A stretch of DNA of 63,959 nucleotides, taken from NCBI GenBank assembly GCA_028280855.1, contig JANQLA010000087.1:1-63959 (forward strand). The letters run 5' to 3'. The translations under genes were made by a program, and so were the position numbers. The DNA comes from Melioribacteraceae bacterium. GTDB lineage: Bacteria > Bacteroidota > Ignavibacteria > Ignavibacteriales > Melioribacteraceae. Every line of letters begins with the position of its first letter. Positions within the stretch are counted from its first letter, which is position 1. Shown here piece by piece: positions 46,258-56,303 of this stretch. The notes under the pieces were generated by a model, which had not been told where the DNA came from, searched no databases, and saw only the letters and a list, made by a program, of their open reading frames with translations.

Positions 46258-47424
46258 ATGAAATTCAGTCGTCTTGCGCTATTTCTATTACTACTTTGTG
46301 CAGCAAGTTATGCACAGGAAAAAGTAAAGGTTATTATTAATGTACATACTTCAAATGTAGAAGACACATCACAAGTTTTTATAGCAGGTAACCAAATTGA
46401 ATTCGGCGCCTGGCAGCCCGGGGATGTTGCATTAGAAAAAGCTAAAGACAGCTTATGGACATCCGAATTTACATTCGAAAAAGGCACAATGCTTCAGTTT
46501 AAATTTACCCAGGGCAGTTGGGCAAACGAAGCGCTTAACTCCGAAGGGCATGTTCCGCCTAACCATTCTTTCATAGTAAACAACGATACAACAGCAGACT
46601 ATCGAATAATCAACTGGCGTGATGAATCTGCCGGACAGGTTACCTACGATGGTCAAATTACCGGTGAAGTCAGATACCATGAATCAATGAGCTACCCAGG
46701 AATTCTTGACCGCGATGTTATTTTATGGCTGCCTCCCGGTTATAATGAGAGTCCCGGCAAACGTTACCAGGTTCTTTACATGAATGATGGTCAGAGTATA
46801 ATTGATCCTGCTACCAGCGGCGTAACGCATGTCGACTGGCAAGTTGATGAAGCGCTCGACAGTCTCATTCGTAAAGGGGAAGTGGAACCTACAATCGTTG
46901 TTGGAATTTATAATACTCCGCATCGAACTCCCGAATACTCTCCAACGGACACGGGCTATACATACATGAAATTTGTTGTTGAAGAGTTGAAGCCGTTCAT
47001 AGATAAAACTTACAGAACTAAACCTGGCAGGGAGCATACTGCTGTTGCCGGCTCTTCAATGGGCGGTATCATTTCATTCATGTTCTTGTGGCATTACAAT
47101 GATGTCTTTTCAAAAGCAGTTTGCATGTCGCCTGCATTTAAAGTAGTTCTACCTGCTAGATCAATTAATGTTGATTATGTTGACGATGTTTTGGAATACA
47201 CTGGGGAAAGGAAAGATATTAAAGTTTATATCGATAACGGTGGACAAGGGATCGAACAGATTATTCAACCCGGCGTTGACGATATGCTTGCAGCTCTCAA
47301 AAAGCAGGGTTATCGGGAAGGTATCGATTACATTTTCGTTTTAGATGAAAAAGCTGAACATACGGAATCTGCATGGGCGCAAAGGTTACCAAATGCGTTA
47401 AAATTCATATTTGAAAGGAACTAA
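46258..47424 (+). CDS. Secreted esterase (esterase-D/putative-esterase fold) with N-terminal CBM20-like beta-sandwich
   Basis: Signal peptide MKFSRLALFLLLLCAASYA. N-terminal VFIAGNQIEFGAWQPGDVALEKAKDSLWTSEFTFEKGTMLQFKFTQGSW is starch-binding-module-like. YQVLYMNDGQ and AGSSMGG are serine-hydrolase motifs. Confidence 0.6.
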   Translation: MKFSRLALFLLLLCAASYAQEKVKVIINVHTSNVEDTSQVFIAGNQIEFGAWQPGDVALEKAKDSLWTSEFTFEKGTMLQFKFTQGSWANEALNSEGHVPPNHSFIVNNDTTADYRIINWRDESAGQVTYDGQITGEVRYHESMSYPGILDRDVILWLPPGYNESPGKRYQVLYMNDGQSIIDPATSGVTHVDWQVDEALDSLIRKGEVEPTIVVGIYNTPHRTPEYSPTDTGYTYMKFVVEELKPFIDKTYRTKPGREHTAVAGSSMGGIISFMFLWHYNDVFSKAVCMSPAFKVVLPARSINVDYVDDVLEYTGERKDIKVYIDNGGQGIEQIIQPGVDDMLAALKKQGYREGIDYIFVLDEKAEHTESAWAQRLPNALKFIFERN

Positions 47425-47967
47425 ATGAAAATTCTAGTTGGCTCGGAAAATCCAATAAAACATGACGCTGTTAAAGAAGCATTTCTTAATTATTATAGCG
47501 ATGTAGAAATTATAGGCATTAAGGTTCCCTCGGGTGTTCCCGATCAGCCTATAAATGAAGAGACATTGCGCGGTGCGGAAAATCGTGCGGAGATTCTAAA
47601 AGAGTTAAACGGAACAGAGGGTTACAACGCCGATTTCTTTGTTGGAGTTGAAGGCGGTATTATCAAAAAATACGGAAGATGGTTTGCCTTCGGCGGAATG
47701 TGTGTTGTGGATAAAACAGGCAGACGCGGTTTTGGAACATCTGCACATTTTGAAATACCTGCAATGGTTTCAAGCAGGCTTTTGGAGAGGGAAGAACTTG
47801 GCGACGTAATGGATGAAATAATCAAAATGAAAAACACTAAACAAAATATGGGTGCAATCGGATTTTTCACAAACGGCGTAATGAATAGAAAAGAGCTGTA
47901 CATTTCGGGGCTTGTTGCGGCACTGGTTCCTTTTAATCATAAAGATATGTACTTCGAAGTTACATAA
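47425..47967 (+). CDS. Inosine/xanthosine triphosphatase-like NTPase (YjjX/DUF84 family)
   Basis: MKILVGSENPIKHDAVKEAF...VPSGVPDQPINEETLRGAENRA is the characteristic N-terminus of this family. Confidence 0.65.
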   Translation: MKILVGSENPIKHDAVKEAFLNYYSDVEIIGIKVPSGVPDQPINEETLRGAENRAEILKELNGTEGYNADFFVGVEGGIIKKYGRWFAFGGMCVVDKTGRRGFGTSAHFEIPAMVSSRLLEREELGDVMDEIIKMKNTKQNMGAIGFFTNGVMNRKELYISGLVAALVPFNHKDMYFEVT

Positions 47968-47968
47968 A

Positions 47969-48445
47969 ATGAAAATAGAGACTGAATTACTGGTACTAAA
48001 GTCAACTGGTAACAAAGACAATGAGTTGAAGGAGATGTTCCAAAACATCTCTATACTTTCAAACATGTCCGAGAAAAACATTCGCCCGGTTGAGGTTCCA
48101 TCGGAAATCACTTTCCGCATTGAAAAAGAAGATGAATTAATTGGCGAAATAAGAATAAAGAACATCAAATGGTATAACCGCAAAGCCGAATTAAGTTTAA
48201 TGATTGCTCCAAGATACCAGGGTAAAGGCTATGGTACCGGCGCATTAAAAAAAATAATAGAGTACGCATTTAATACAATGAACTTTTACCGCCTGGAAGC
48301 GGAAGTTATCGATTTTAATGAAGCATCGAAACGACTTGTTGAAAAGTGCGGCTTCCTTTTTGAAGGTCGCTTGCGCGAAGCAAAATATGTTAACGGAAAA
48401 TATTACGATATATTGCGCTACGGCTTACTTAAGAAAGAATGGTAA
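47969..48445 (+). CDS. GNAT-family N-acetyltransferase (RimJ/RimL-like)
   Basis: YQGKGYGTGALKKIIEYAF...YRLEAEVIDFNEASKRLVEKCGFLFEGRLRE. Start set at ATG 47969, one nt after the stop of the previous gene. Confidence 0.75.
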   Translation: MKIETELLVLKSTGNKDNELKEMFQNISILSNMSEKNIRPVEVPSEITFRIEKEDELIGEIRIKNIKWYNRKAELSLMIAPRYQGKGYGTGALKKIIEYAFNTMNFYRLEAEVIDFNEASKRLVEKCGFLFEGRLREAKYVNGKYYDILRYGLLKKEW

Positions 48446-48462
48446 TAAATAATAATTCGTTT

Positions 48463-48499
48463 ATCAGCGAAAATCTGTTAAATCCGTGTCATCCGCGTT
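48463..48499. repeat. Short 9-mer-periodic intergenic repeat, copy 2
   Basis: atcagcgaaaatctgttaaatccgtgtcatccgcgtt is homologous to 10175..10211. It accounts for the spurious N-terminal extension (MSSAFYKNEDS) of the track ORF at 48486. Confidence 0.55.
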
Positions 48500-48518
48500 C
48501 TATAAAAATGAGGACTCA

Positions 48519-49304
48519 ATGAAATTACCAATTTACCAAGTAGATGCTTTTACATCCGAATTATTCAAAGGAAACCCGGCAGCGGTTGTGCCGTTGCACG
48601 AATGGCTACCTGAAGCCGTAATGCAGAATATAGCGTTAGAAAACAATCTATCCGAAACAGCTTTTTTTGTTTGGGAAGATGATCATTATAAAATCAGGTG
48701 GTTTACACCAACTATCGAAGTACCGTTATGCGGACATGCAACCGTTGCTTCGTCTTTTGTAATTTATAATTTCTTAAAGCCCGGGTTAAAGGAGATTCAA
48801 TTTCAGAGCAAAAGCGGTAAATTAACTGTAACCAAAACAGATAATTTAATAGAATTAAACTTTCCTGCAAATAAACCTGAACCAGTTAACCCGCCACAAA
48901 ACCTGCTCGATGCTGTCCCGATTCGACCGAAAGAAGTTCTTTACAACAAATCTTATTTGGCTATTTTTGATAACGAGCAGACGGTGCGAAATATGGAGCC
49001 GGATATTCCAGCTCTTAAAGACTTGCATGACGACGGGCTTATCATTTCGGCGCAGGGTGAAAAATACGATTTTGTGTCACGATATTTTGTGCCGGGCGCC
49101 GGTATAGACGAAGATCCAGTAACCGGATTTGCGCATACAGTGCTTACTCCGTATTGGTCGGAAAAACTTGGAAAGAGACAGATGAAAGCTTACCAAGCAT
49201 CTCAACGCGGAGGCGAAGTGTTTGTTGAAAATTTGGAGAATGACAGAGTGAAGTTGGCTGGAAAAGCCGTATTATACTTGAAAGGCGAAATTGATGTCAA
49301 GTAA
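48519..49304 (+). CDS. PhzF-family (phenazine biosynthesis-like) isomerase
   Basis: MKLPIYQVDAFTSELFKGNPAAVV...LSETAF...RWFTP..EVPLCGHAT is a typical PhzF-family pattern. Start moved to ATG 48519. Confidence 0.8.
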   Translation: MKLPIYQVDAFTSELFKGNPAAVVPLHEWLPEAVMQNIALENNLSETAFFVWEDDHYKIRWFTPTIEVPLCGHATVASSFVIYNFLKPGLKEIQFQSKSGKLTVTKTDNLIELNFPANKPEPVNPPQNLLDAVPIRPKEVLYNKSYLAIFDNEQTVRNMEPDIPALKDLHDDGLIISAQGEKYDFVSRYFVPGAGIDEDPVTGFAHTVLTPYWSEKLGKRQMKAYQASQRGGEVFVENLENDRVKLAGKAVLYLKGEIDVK

Positions 49305-49308
49305 TTCA

Positions 49309-49337
49309 TTGACTTTACGTACTTTATTGCGTACGTT
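49309..49337 (+). promoter_or_regulatory. Candidate yefM-yoeB promoter/operator: TTGACT plus ACGTAC-N8-GTACGT palindrome
   Basis: ttgact at 49309..49314. acgtac (49317..49322) and gtacgt (49331..49336) form an inverted repeat with GTAC cores. A weak -10 tacgtt lies at 49332..49337. Confidence 0.3.
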
Positions 49338-49357
49338 GAGCTAAAAATTTTCAGATT

Positions 49358-49600
49358 ATGAGAATAATTTCTTCTACAAAAGCCAGAGCAAACCTGTACA
49401 AACTGTTGGATGAAGCTTCCGTTAACAATGAGCCTATTCAGATTACAGGTAAACGCTCTAATGCAATCTTGATCTCCGAGGATGATTGGAATTCAATTCA
49501 GGAGACCCTTTACTTACTTTCAATTCCTGGAATGAGAGAATCAATAATAGATGGAATGAATAAAAACTTGGAAGATTGCTCAGAGAAGCTTGAATGGTAA
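49358..49600 (+). CDS. yefM: Phd/YefM-family antitoxin
   Basis: 80 aa. MRIISSTKARANLYKLLDEASVNNEPIQITGKRSNAILISEDDWNSIQETLYLLS is the canonical YefM pattern. Confidence 0.85.
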   Translation: MRIISSTKARANLYKLLDEASVNNEPIQITGKRSNAILISEDDWNSIQETLYLLSIPGMRESIIDGMNKNLEDCSEKLEW

Positions 49601-49860
49601 AATGGAAAGTTGTTTTTACCAAACAAGCACAAAAAGATTCTAATAAGATTGCTAAAATTGGATTAAAAAGAAAAGTTATAGAGCTGCTAAAAATTCTTGA
49701 ACACAACCCTTACCAAAATCCACCAAATTTTGAAAAGCTCGTTGGTGACCTTGCGGGTGTATATTCGCGAAGGATAAATATTCAACACAGACTTGTTTAT
49801 CAGATATTGGATGATAAAAAAATAATCAAAGTTATAAGAATGTGGTCTCATTACGAGTAG
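49594..49860 (+). CDS. yoeB: Txe/YoeB-family toxin
   Basis: 88 aa. NPYQNPPNFEKLVGDLAGVYSRRINIQHRLVYQILDDKKIIKVIRMWSHYE is the YoeB signature. 7-nt overlap with yefM. Confidence 0.85.
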   Translation: MVKWKVVFTKQAQKDSNKIAKIGLKRKVIELLKILEHNPYQNPPNFEKLVGDLAGVYSRRINIQHRLVYQILDDKKIIKVIRMWSHYE

Positions 49861-49869
49861 GAAGTTATT

Positions 49870-51886
49870 CTATTTCATCATCTTCTTTAGCTTTTCAATT
49901 TCATCACGCAATTGTGCGGCCTTTTCAAACTCAAGGTCTTTAGCAGCCTGTAGCATTTCTTCAGTCATTTCTTCGATAAGATCGTGTTTCTGCTCGTTTG
50001 TCATATATCTTATAACCGGTTCGGCAACTTTTGAGAAAGACGCCATTTCTTTCTCGTCTTCTTTGTATCTTACATCGGCTACAGATGTTGAAGCCATAAT
50101 TTCTTCGCGGCTTTTATAAATTGTTTGAGGTGTGATTCCATGCTTCTCGTTGTATTCGGATTGCAATATACGTCTTCTTGTTGTTTCCTCAATCGTTTTT
50201 TTCATTGAGTCTGTAATTTTATCGGCATACATAATTACCTTGCCGTCAACATTCCGAGCCGTTCTACCGGCAGTTTGCATTAACGATCGCTCGCTTCTCA
50301 AGAAACCTTCCTTATCAGCATCAATAATTGCCACAAGCGAAACCTCCGGTAAATCCAAACCTTCGCGGAGCAGGTTAACGCCAACTAAAACATCAAAATC
50401 GCCGATTCTAAGGTCGCGGATAATCTCAACCCTTTCCAATGAATCAATATCACTATGAATATAACGAACTTTTATTTCCAGGCGGTCTAGGTAATCGGTT
50501 AAATCCTCAGCCATTTTTTTTTGTTAAAGTTGTAACTAACACTCGTTCTTTTTTTGCAATTCGTTTTCTAATTTCTCCGATTAGATCATCAATCTGATTT
50601 TTTACAGGGCGAATCTCAATTTCCGGATCCAGCAGCCCGGTTGGCCGTATAACCTGCTCTACATAAACGCCTTTGCTTTTTTCTAACTCCAAATCACCCG
50701 GGGTAGCGCTCACATAAATAACCTTGTTAAGCAATTTATCGAACTCTTCAAATTTCAGCGGACGATTATCAAGAGCGGACGGAAGCCGGAAACCGTGTTC
50801 CACAAGCGTTTCTTTCCTGGAGCGGTCGCCGTTGTACATGCCGCGAATTTGAGGCAGTGTTACATGAGATTCATCAATAATCAACAGGTAGTCCTTTGGA
50901 AAATAATCGAACAAACAGGCCGGACGAGATCCGGGTGGACGTCCGTCCATATGACGCGAGTAATTCTCAACACCGGCACAATATCCTATCTCGCGCATCA
51001 TTTCGATATCGTACTTTGTTCGTTGCTCAAGTCGCTGAGCTTCAAGATATTTTTCATCCTTCCAGAAATATTGTAAACGTTCCTTTAACTCTTCTTCGAT
51101 TGTTACTATTGCCCGATTCACTTGATCTTTTGTAGTAACAAAATATTTAGCAGGATATATAGCGGTTGATTCAACTTCTTCAATATACTCACCGCTGATC
51201 GAATCAATAATTGAGATGCGTTCGATCTCGTCATCCCAAAACTCAATTCGTATAGCTTCTTCGTATTGATACGCAGGAATAACTTCAATCACATCGCCTC
51301 TAACACGAAAAGTTCCGCGGCTAAACTCAATATCATTACGCACGTAATAAATGTCAATCAACTGACGCATAAGCTTTTTGCGTTCAATCACCTGGCCTTT
51401 TTTAACGAAAGTTATCTGGTTTGCATATTCGTCCGGAGCACCGATTCCATATATACAGCTAACGCTTGCAACAATGATAACGTCGTTGCGCCCTTCAATA
51501 AGTGATGTTGTTGCCTTTAACCTAAGGCGGTCAATCTCTTCGTTTACGGAAAAGTCTTTTTCAATATACAGATCCCTTTTAACTACGTATGCTTCGGGTT
51601 GGTAGTAATCGTAGTAGCTTATAAAAAATTCAACGGCGTTGTTAGGAAAGAATGATTTAAATTCGCCGTATAGTTGCGCTGCTAATGTTTTGTTGTGAGA
51701 AATAATAAGCGTTGGTTTATTATAGTTCGTAATAACATTAGACATAGTATATGTTTTACCGCTGCCCGTAACCCCGAGGAGCACTTGATGATCTATTCCT
51801 TTATTTAAACCATTGGTCAATTCATCAATAGCTCCAGGCTGATCACCCGAAGGCTTGTAGTTTGAAACGAGTTCAAAATTATTCAT
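49870..51886 (-). pseudogene. uvrB: uvrB (excinuclease ABC subunit B) split by a +1 frameshift in an A9 homopolymer
   Basis: ORF 50507..51886 (459 aa, GVTGSGKT Walker A, ends ...[11 protein letters not shown]) and ORF 49870..50514 (214 aa, starts MAEDLTDYL...) together make one ~670-aa UvrB. The junction is the T9 run on the plus strand at 50514..50522. With eight As it would read [15 protein letters not shown], as in intact UvrB. Confidence 0.9.
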
Positions 51887-51892
51887 AACTGC

Positions 51893-52273
51893 TTATCGCG
51901 TTATTACTTCGACGGCATGAAAATAATCGGTATGCAGGTGTCCGCGCAGAACTATTGTTTTTACATCGTTCATGCCCGGAGGTAAGTTTGCAGGGCCTAT
52001 TACTTTCATTTCTTTGTTGTGTTTATCGACCACGTAAAAAGTAGTTGACCCGTTTGCTACGTCGCGGTCAAATCCTCTTTCGGGAACAAGTTTCACGATT
52101 ATATCCCTGTTGGCATTGTTATTCGGATCGAAACTTGCAAATGTTCCAAGCTCATCGGTCGGTGAAAAATAGCTAAAGTAAATTATTCCAACAACACCAA
52201 GAACAAGTATTGGCAAAATGTATTTCTGCATTTTCGGATTGTCCTTCATTTTATGTACAAGTTTATGAATCAT
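51893..52273 (-). CDS. Membrane-anchored small protein, possibly CcmE-like OB fold
   Basis: 126 aa with an N-terminal anchor (YILPILVLGVVGIIYFSYF) and then a soluble domain ending IVLRGHLHTDYFHAVEVITR. The architecture resembles CcmE, but I see no heme-binding motif and no neighbouring ccm genes. Confidence 0.35.
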   Translation of the reverse strand: MIHKLVHKMKDNPKMQKYILPILVLGVVGIIYFSYFSPTDELGTFASFDPNNNANRDIIVKLVPERGFDRDVANGSTTFYVVDKHNKEMKVIGPANLPPGMNDVKTIVLRGHLHTDYFHAVEVITR

Positions 52274-52389
52274 AAATATAATAATTGCCCGCGTAATATT
52301 TTTAATTACACGGAAATCATTATTTTAGTTTCTTCAAATTATCTCCGTCCAAAGTAAATTAGCACTAAACAAAAATAATGAGGAAAGAA

Positions 52390-53250
52390 ATGAAAAGACT
52401 CTTTACAATTATATTGCTGATCTCAATGTTCCCGTTATTAGCGCAAGAAGAAAAAAAAGATTCTACTTTATACAAATGGGTTCCTTCATTGGTTTCGGGA
52501 TTGAATATTAGTCAAATCGCTTTCGAAAATTGGTCGCAGGGAGGTGAAAACTCATTAGCTTTTACATTGTCAGCCGACTTTAAACTGGGTTATAAATCAG
52601 ATCGCTGGCATTTCAGAAACCAGGTAAAAGGCGCTTTTGGAAAAACAAAATTGGGCGATGATGAAATTCGACAGACCGATAACGAGTTCTTTGTTGAATC
52701 TGTTTTATCATATCATATATTAGGCTGGGCTGTTAATCCGTACTTCAGTAACCTGGTTCGGTCTTCGTTTACCGACGGATTCGATTATAAGAAAGAGCCG
52801 GCCGAGAGAATTGCCGACTTTTTTGATCCTGGTTATATAACTCAATCTGTTGGATTTACTTATGATAAATTTGCGAATTTTCAAACGCGCCTTGGCGTGG
52901 CCTTCCAGGAAACTATTACGCGTACAGATGAATTGGCGTTTAAATATTCAGATGATGCCGATACACCGGATGAAATTGAAAAGTTCAAGTTCGAAACCGG
53001 TATAGAAAGTGTTACCGACGCAAATTTTACTTTAGACGACAACCTACTCTACTCAAGTAAGCTAAGATTATTCACACGTTTCGAAGACTTAGCTGTTTGG
53101 GATGTTCGATGGGACAATACCGTTACTGCAAAAGTTAACAACTGGTTAAACGTGAATCTTGGTGTGATTGTTATCCATGAAGTATCTCAAACCAGGAAAA
53201 CCCAGCTAAAGCAAGCTCTGCAGATTGGTATTACTTATACAATATTTTAA
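52390..53250 (+). CDS. DUF3078-like outer-membrane beta-barrel protein
   Basis: Signal peptide MKRLFTIILLISMFPLLAQ. GLNISQIAFENWSQGGENSLAF fits the motif I recall for DUF3078. Alternating beta-strand-like pattern ends in ...LQIGITYTIF. Confidence 0.5.
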   Translation: MKRLFTIILLISMFPLLAQEEKKDSTLYKWVPSLVSGLNISQIAFENWSQGGENSLAFTLSADFKLGYKSDRWHFRNQVKGAFGKTKLGDDEIRQTDNEFFVESVLSYHILGWAVNPYFSNLVRSSFTDGFDYKKEPAERIADFFDPGYITQSVGFTYDKFANFQTRLGVAFQETITRTDELAFKYSDDADTPDEIEKFKFETGIESVTDANFTLDDNLLYSSKLRLFTRFEDLAVWDVRWDNTVTAKVNNWLNVNLGVIVIHEVSQTRKTQLKQALQIGITYTIF

Positions 53251-53257
53251 TTTTTTC

Positions 53258-53298
53258 AGTCGGCAATGAGTATTTCATATTGTTGCCGACTATTATTA
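53258..53298 (+). terminator. Probable terminator hairpin
   Basis: agtcggcaa (53258..53266) pairs perfectly with ttgccgact (53283..53291) around a 16-nt loop. An A/T-rich tail follows. Confidence 0.45.
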
Positions 53299-53456
53299 AC
53301 TTTCCCTTGAATAAAGCTTATTCACCTAAATTTACCTTTCTTTTTTATAATAAAATCGCTTGTTTATATTTATATAATTTTTAATTTGTTTGTAGCAAAT
53401 GAAAGTATTTTAAGACACTGTGTCCTAAATGCACAATACTTATGGGGAATTTGCGT

Positions 53457-56303
53457 ATGAATTTTGCAAGAATATTTTTAATCCATGTTTTTATAGTATT
53501 TCCGGTGCTGATTAAAGGTCAGGATCCCGATTCCCTCCATGATATTCGGAAAGAATTAATAATGTCATCCAACAATATTACTTCAATAATGTATAGTTAC
53601 GGCTCAATCGGTAAGCCGAATACGCTTGGCAACATTGGAGATTTTATGTGGAACGGTTTGGGTTACATGTATGAGTTTGGGCCAATAATAGCCGCTGAGG
53701 TTGAAAGTAAAAATGGTGATACTCTTCAAATATGCAGCGATTCATTTGTTTTACCTGGTCAGGGAGATTATTCGCCGGAAGGCGAACAAAAATGGGGGTG
53801 GCTACCTTCAAAAGGATACTCGAATCCGAATTCTAACTCTATTGCAAACTTTTTGGATCCTTCAAGCTGGCCGGTTAATTGGGAAAACTGGTTCGGAAAA
53901 AATGGCACCGATACAAGTTTGGCTAATAATGAAGCATTTTTCGTTATGGATGATTTTTCAAACGCTGAGTTCAATTATTTTCCTTTTGGAAGTGAAGATA
54001 ATAGAAGGGGGCTTGGAATTAAATCAGAGGTGCGAATTTATCAATTTGGGTCACAGTTTGAAGACGCAATATTATATGAGTATACATTCACGAATGAGAG
54101 CCATAAAAATTTGAACGAAGTATATTTTGGTTTTTGGGGTGACCCTCATATCGGGGGTCCGTCAAACTGGAGTGATGATCGAGTTGGTGCTTTTACAAAT
54201 GAATATAACCAGTACCTAAATGAAACTATTTACTTATGGGACGAAGACATGACGGGCGATGGCGGGCGGCGATCCGGTTTCCTGGGATTTAAGCTTCTGG
54301 AAACACCTGATGATATGGGCTTAACGGCTTTACATGCAGATCAATTTACAAGTTCGGATCCAAATGTTCCGCGGAATGACCCATTAGTCTGGCAATGGTT
54401 TACTGAAGGTATAAATACTGAGAACAGTCCGTTTCGTGAGGCTGGTGATAATATTGTGTTTTTCGGCACGGGTCCTTTTAACTTAGAAGTTGGAAAGAGT
54501 AAAGCTGTAAAGCTCGTAATATTTTGCTCGCATGATTTTGAAGATCTGAAAAAGGATGCTGTTTACTTCTCAGCGCATCATTATTGGCCTAACATGTTGT
54601 CCAAACTGAGTACTTCACAAGGGAATGATGATTATAAAATTAGCCTGGAAGGTGAATACGATAATGTGAATGGCGATAAATCAATTACCTGGGAGTACTT
54701 AGGAGGTGATAATTCTGCAAAAGTTTATCTTGAATGTTCGCCAAATCTTGGAAGAGACTGGTACTACGTTGGGGAAACGGCTGCAATTGATGAACAGATT
54801 ATGTGGAACACAGAAGATTATAATGATGGTGTTAATTACATATTAAGATTAATTTCATATGATCCTGATCAACCGGAGAACCACTATTACACCATTTCCA
54901 ATAGTAGGTTTACAATTGATAACCCAAATGTAAATGCAAAACCGGAACTTCAGATGATAACCAATTTAGAAGGTGAAGTTATTATGGAATCCCCATTAAA
55001 AATTGAATGGAATTCCGAAGACGCCGACAATTCGTCGCTAAACGTTAAGCTGGAGTATTCGCGAAACTTTGATTCAGGATTTAAACTCATTGATGATCGT
55101 GAATATGCAAATGGAGATAACTATTTCGATTGGGATTTGACTGAATTACCAAATTGGACGAATTATTATTTGAGAATAACAGCAACTGACGGCAACAGTG
55201 ATACAAGTTTGGTTTTCGGCTCTGTAGAAATCAATGTTTATGATTCGTTATTAAGTAGCAGCAGCCTCGAACATAGATCTGGTAATAGTACAGCGTATGT
55301 AGGTGTTCAAATAGCCGATCAAAGTGCTTTGAAGCCAGACCATTATAAAATTTCATTTGATGTTGATGGAATAAAAAAACACATAAACGTAGATAACATT
55401 ACAAAACAAACCCGTGTATTAACGGACTTCCCAATAATTGAAAATTTATCAACATCAATGTTCGATGGTATTAAACTGTTGATAAAAGATTCAGAGCCAA
55501 ATATAAATAGCGAATTAACCAAATTTAATAGGGAAGAACTTGCAAGTAGTTTTCATGTATATTTTAGCGAGTTTTCTGCTGATTATATTGGAAATCCGCA
55601 TATTGCTATCGATAATGACTGGCTGGTTATTTTTAATGATCTTGATACAAATGCTGATGGTAGCTGGATGTATCCTGCGGATAGCATCTTATCTCCACTT
55701 ACATCTACCGAGGCTATTTGCCCATTTAAGATTTTTGATGTATCCAATCCAAGTAAACCCAGACCGGCAAACTATATATTGGAAGAATTTCCTCCCGGTA
55801 ATAAAAAATGGGATTTTAGTGAACAGATTTTGTTAAGAAGACTTACTCCTGATTCAGAGACGGAAGTAAGCTACGCACTAAAATTTAGCTTTACAGAAAA
55901 TGCTCTAGCAGGTTTAGGCGATACCTTGTTCATAAAGACTTACAACCCAATTGATGAAGAGGATCAATACTATTTTACAATAGACAGTAGTTTAATTTCT
56001 TCTGTCGATAATTTTTCTTCAACGCCAGATGAGTTTCTACTAGCGCAAAATTATCCCAATCCATTTAACCCTACAACTACAATAGATTACCAGGTTCCTA
56101 AAACGGCTAAAGAGAATAGTAAAGTTAAATTGGTTATTTACGATATACTCGGACGAGAGGTAAAAACATTAGTAAATAAGAGCCAAAGAAATGGTAGATA
56201 TAGCGTCAAGTTTAATGCCGGCAATGTTTCATCGGGCGTGTATCTGTATCGCCTATCGGTCAATAATAAAGTTTTAAGCAAAAAAATGATTTTGCTAAGG
56301 TGA
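53457..56303 (+). CDS. Large secreted protein with T9SS C-terminal sorting domain
   Basis: Signal-like N-terminus. The last ~85 aa, LAQNYPNPFNPTTTIDYQVP...VKLVIYDILGREVKTLVN...GVYLYRLSVNNKVLSKKMILLR, form a typical Por/T9SS type A sorting tail. Start is 53442 or 53457. Confidence 0.8.
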   Translation: MNFARIFLIHVFIVFPVLIKGQDPDSLHDIRKELIMSSNNITSIMYSYGSIGKPNTLGNIGDFMWNGLGYMYEFGPIIAAEVESKNGDTLQICSDSFVLPGQGDYSPEGEQKWGWLPSKGYSNPNSNSIANFLDPSSWPVNWENWFGKNGTDTSLANNEAFFVMDDFSNAEFNYFPFGSEDNRRGLGIKSEVRIYQFGSQFEDAILYEYTFTNESHKNLNEVYFGFWGDPHIGGPSNWSDDRVGAFTNEYNQYLNETIYLWDEDMTGDGGRRSGFLGFKLLETPDDMGLTALHADQFTSSDPNVPRNDPLVWQWFTEGINTENSPFREAGDNIVFFGTGPFNLEVGKSKAVKLVIFCSHDFEDLKKDAVYFSAHHYWPNMLSKLSTSQGNDDYKISLEGEYDNVNGDKSITWEYLGGDNSAKVYLECSPNLGRDWYYVGETAAIDEQIMWNTEDYNDGVNYILRLISYDPDQPENHYYTISNSRFTIDNPNVNAKPELQMITNLEGEVIMESPLKIEWNSEDADNSSLNVKLEYSRNFDSGFKLIDDREYANGDNYFDWDLTELPNWTNYYLRITATDGNSDTSLVFGSVEINVYDSLLSSSSLEHRSGNSTAYVGVQIADQSALKPDHYKISFDVDGIKKHINVDNITKQTRVLTDFPIIENLSTSMFDGIKLLIKDSEPNINSELTKFNREELASSFHVYFSEFSADYIGNPHIAIDNDWLVIFNDLDTNADGSWMYPADSILSPLTSTEAICPFKIFDVSNPSKPRPANYILEEFPPGNKKWDFSEQILLRRLTPDSETEVSYALKFSFTENALAGLGDTLFIKTYNPIDEEDQYYFTIDSSLISSVDNFSSTPDEFLLAQNYPNPFNPTTTIDYQVPKTAKENSKVKLVIYDILGREVKTLVNKSQRNGRYSVKFNAGNVSSGVYLYRLSVNNKVLSKKMILLR

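Noticed and set aside
49870-51886. Treating the two UvrB-derived ORFs as separate genuine genes (a split uvrB).
   Set aside because: The break falls within a continuous conserved motif (TTLTKK|MAEDLT), exactly at a homopolymer. The two frames overlap by 8 nt with no RBS for the second part. A frameshift, real or artefactual, is the simpler explanation.
53701-55836. Alternative-frame ORFs inside the T9SS protein gene (53701..54114, 53768..53974, 55540..55836).
   Set aside because: They are embedded in a 950-aa ORF that has a clear signal peptide and sorting domain, and their translations are not protein-like.
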